Source of the DNA: Mobula hypostoma
Taxonomy: Eukaryota
Direction of reading: 5' to 3'
Length of the DNA: 64,000 nucleotides
NCBI RefSeq assembly: GCF_963921235.1
Contig: NC_086109.1
Span: forward strand, 6,574,001 to 6,638,000
The translations under genes were made by a program, and so were the position numbers. Below are positions 62,025 to 64,000 of this stretch, piece by piece. The first letter of the stretch is position 1. The number at the start of each line of letters is the position of its first letter. Under the pieces are notes generated by a model. The model was not told the DNA's origin, made no database searches, and saw nothing but the letters and a program-made list of their open reading frames with translations.

Positions 62025-63953
62025 CACCCTATCCTCGTTATATGTGGGGGGTACGTTCCTTGAAGTCGACGCATAATGTCAATAATTATTTAAATGGAGA
62101 AAATAGGGATGTGTTCTGGAGGCTTCCTAAATATGTTTTATCTGTAATTTATTCACATTTTCATACCAATATGACACAAAAGCAGTACAAGGCAACATTC
62201 GTATTATATTTCATCAATTTAAGGTAATATTCAACGTAATAAATCATAGAAAGTTAACATACTAGGGTGTGCAGTACAATACTCACCAACAGTGGTAGGC
62301 GTGTTTGCTCCTGGAGATGAATGGTTGTTGTGGTGTCGGGCAGCTTTACATGGATGAGGTGGATGGTTGTGTGTCGTCAGGATCATCAAGGACAGCAAGG
62401 GGTGAAGGAAGGTTCACAGAACTCTCAGTACTGCCAGCAGCAGGAGATGACACCGGTTTGAAGAAAGTGGTGAGGATTGTTTGCTTGACAGCATTTTGTT
62501 TTTCAGCATAAATTTGCTTGTAGGGAAGAAGGCTTGATTGCAGGGAACGACGGAAATGCTGACTCCGGTCTAAACTTGGGTCCATGTCCATCGCCACTTG
62601 TGCCAAGTGTTCTGCAGCCTTAAAAAATTCTGCCAGTTGCTTCACTGTAAAATCCTTCACCTGCAACTCGACACTTTCTTCTTCATCGTTGTTAACTTTA
62701 AAGGCAAGATTCTGTTTCCAGCAGTAGCATTCAGCCTCAACAGCAAAATGATTAGCAAATCAATCTTCAATGATTTGACCAGTGACCCATGCTTTCTTGT
62801 TAGTTGCCCAGTGGACAGGAAGCATATTGTTACTCAAGCTCTTAAGAGCACGGGGGTTTAGTGAATAGTAAACTAAGAGAGGCTTCATCTTACAGTCTCC
62901 TTCGGCATTGGAACACATAAGCAAAGTCAATCTATCCCTTGCTGCCTTGAACCCTGACGCAGTTTTTCCATCCTTACTTATGTAAGTGCGTTTTGGCATA
63001 TGCTTCCAAAAAAGCCCGGTTTCGTCTGCATTAAACACCTGCTTTGGCGTTGATGCCTAACTCAGCTATCAAAGCCCACAACTGCACAGGGTAGCGTTCA
63101 GCAGTTTCGTGGTCAGCACTGGCTTGCTCACCATGCACAGCTAAGTTGTGAAGCCTGTGACAATTAACAAACTTAGAAAACAGTCCCCTACTTGCATTAA
63201 AGCTAACAATATCATTTGACACTTCCTCACTAGCCTCTGAACAAAGGCTTCCATAAATTTCCAAAGCTTTCACACAAAGATGATCGGAACTAAGTGTTGT
63301 TTTTCTCCTTGTTTCATGCTCAATGTACAAACTCAACATTTTCTCCATTTTTGTCATAATCGGGTTACGCACTTTGGTAACAATCTTTGAAGACACTTGT
63401 GATGAATCAATCACTGCACTTTTTCCTTTCTCGGCATTTTTCTTTATATTTCTGATCCTGGACTCACACAGGCCGAAGTAGTGTCCCAGAGCTATGTTAC
63501 CTTCACCTGATACTGCCCTGTTTATAATTTCCAACTTTTTTTCAAGTGCTAAAGCGATTCTCTGCCTCTTGGCTGATGGCCCAGGACTTGACATCCGATG
63601 CTTAGGAGATATAGTTAAATATTTCCAGCACAAAATCAGTGCACCGTAGGTAAAAAGAACAACAGTTTAAGAGCGCTAGTTCGCACATCCGCATGTTGCC
63701 AAAATCAATGCAAGACTAGTGGGAGTGAGACTGTGAGGCGTGCGCACGTAACTTGTATTGGCGGGAAAACGGTGCTTCTCGTCCCAATAGTGAGACTGTG
63801 AGGCATGCGCACGTGACTTGTATTGGTGGGAAAGCAGTGCTCCTCGCATAACTGTGAATTTTGGATGCACATAACGAGAAGTCGGTAGAAATAGGTTCCT
63901 CGCATAACTGAGAATCCACATTGCCTGAAGACGCACATAACGAAGCTAGGGTG
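62025..63953 (-). mobile_element. Tigger/pogo transposon, both TIRs present, internally deleted
   Basis: TA TSD; TIR CACCCTA(T/G)C(C/T)TCGTTAT(A/G)TG; CENP-B-like N-terminus (KRQRIALALEKKLEII, FNASRG) and FNADETGLFWK..DRLTLLMCSNAEG; inserted in a CR1 3' end. Confidence 0.9.
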
Positions 63954-64000
63954 TACCTAGGCTTACCCATAGTCCTCTTTTTTCTAAGCTCCAACTTCTC

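Overview
Repeat-rich vertebrate genomic DNA. The CR1, Rex1/Babar, RTE, Penelope-like and Tc1/mariner/pogo repertoire suggests a cartilaginous fish, probably a ray; this is inferred, not proven. Two spliced genes that the ORF track largely misses lie tail-to-tail. (1) Pitchfork (PIFO/CIMAP3) is on the + strand with five coding exons at 3694-15515 (first exon not found) and an intact tRNA-Val(CAC) gene in one intron. (2) A GH18 chitinase-family gene is on the - strand with eight exons at 47887-23246 (5' exons not found). Its catalytic DxDxE motif reads [11 protein letters not shown], so it is predicted to be a catalytically dead chi-lectin, and it appears to end in a short hydrophobic tail rather than a chitin-binding domain. 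Its position and orientation next to PIFO match those recalled for mammalian OVGP1. The introns carry many Penelope-like 3' ends with minimal type-I hammerhead ribozyme motifs, some intact and in the sense of the chi-lectin pre-mRNA. The window also holds nested LINEs, a solo LTR, two Tc1 elements, palindromic mariner MITEs, an RTE LINE and a Tigger element. All family assignments come from manual reading and recall; no database searches were run.
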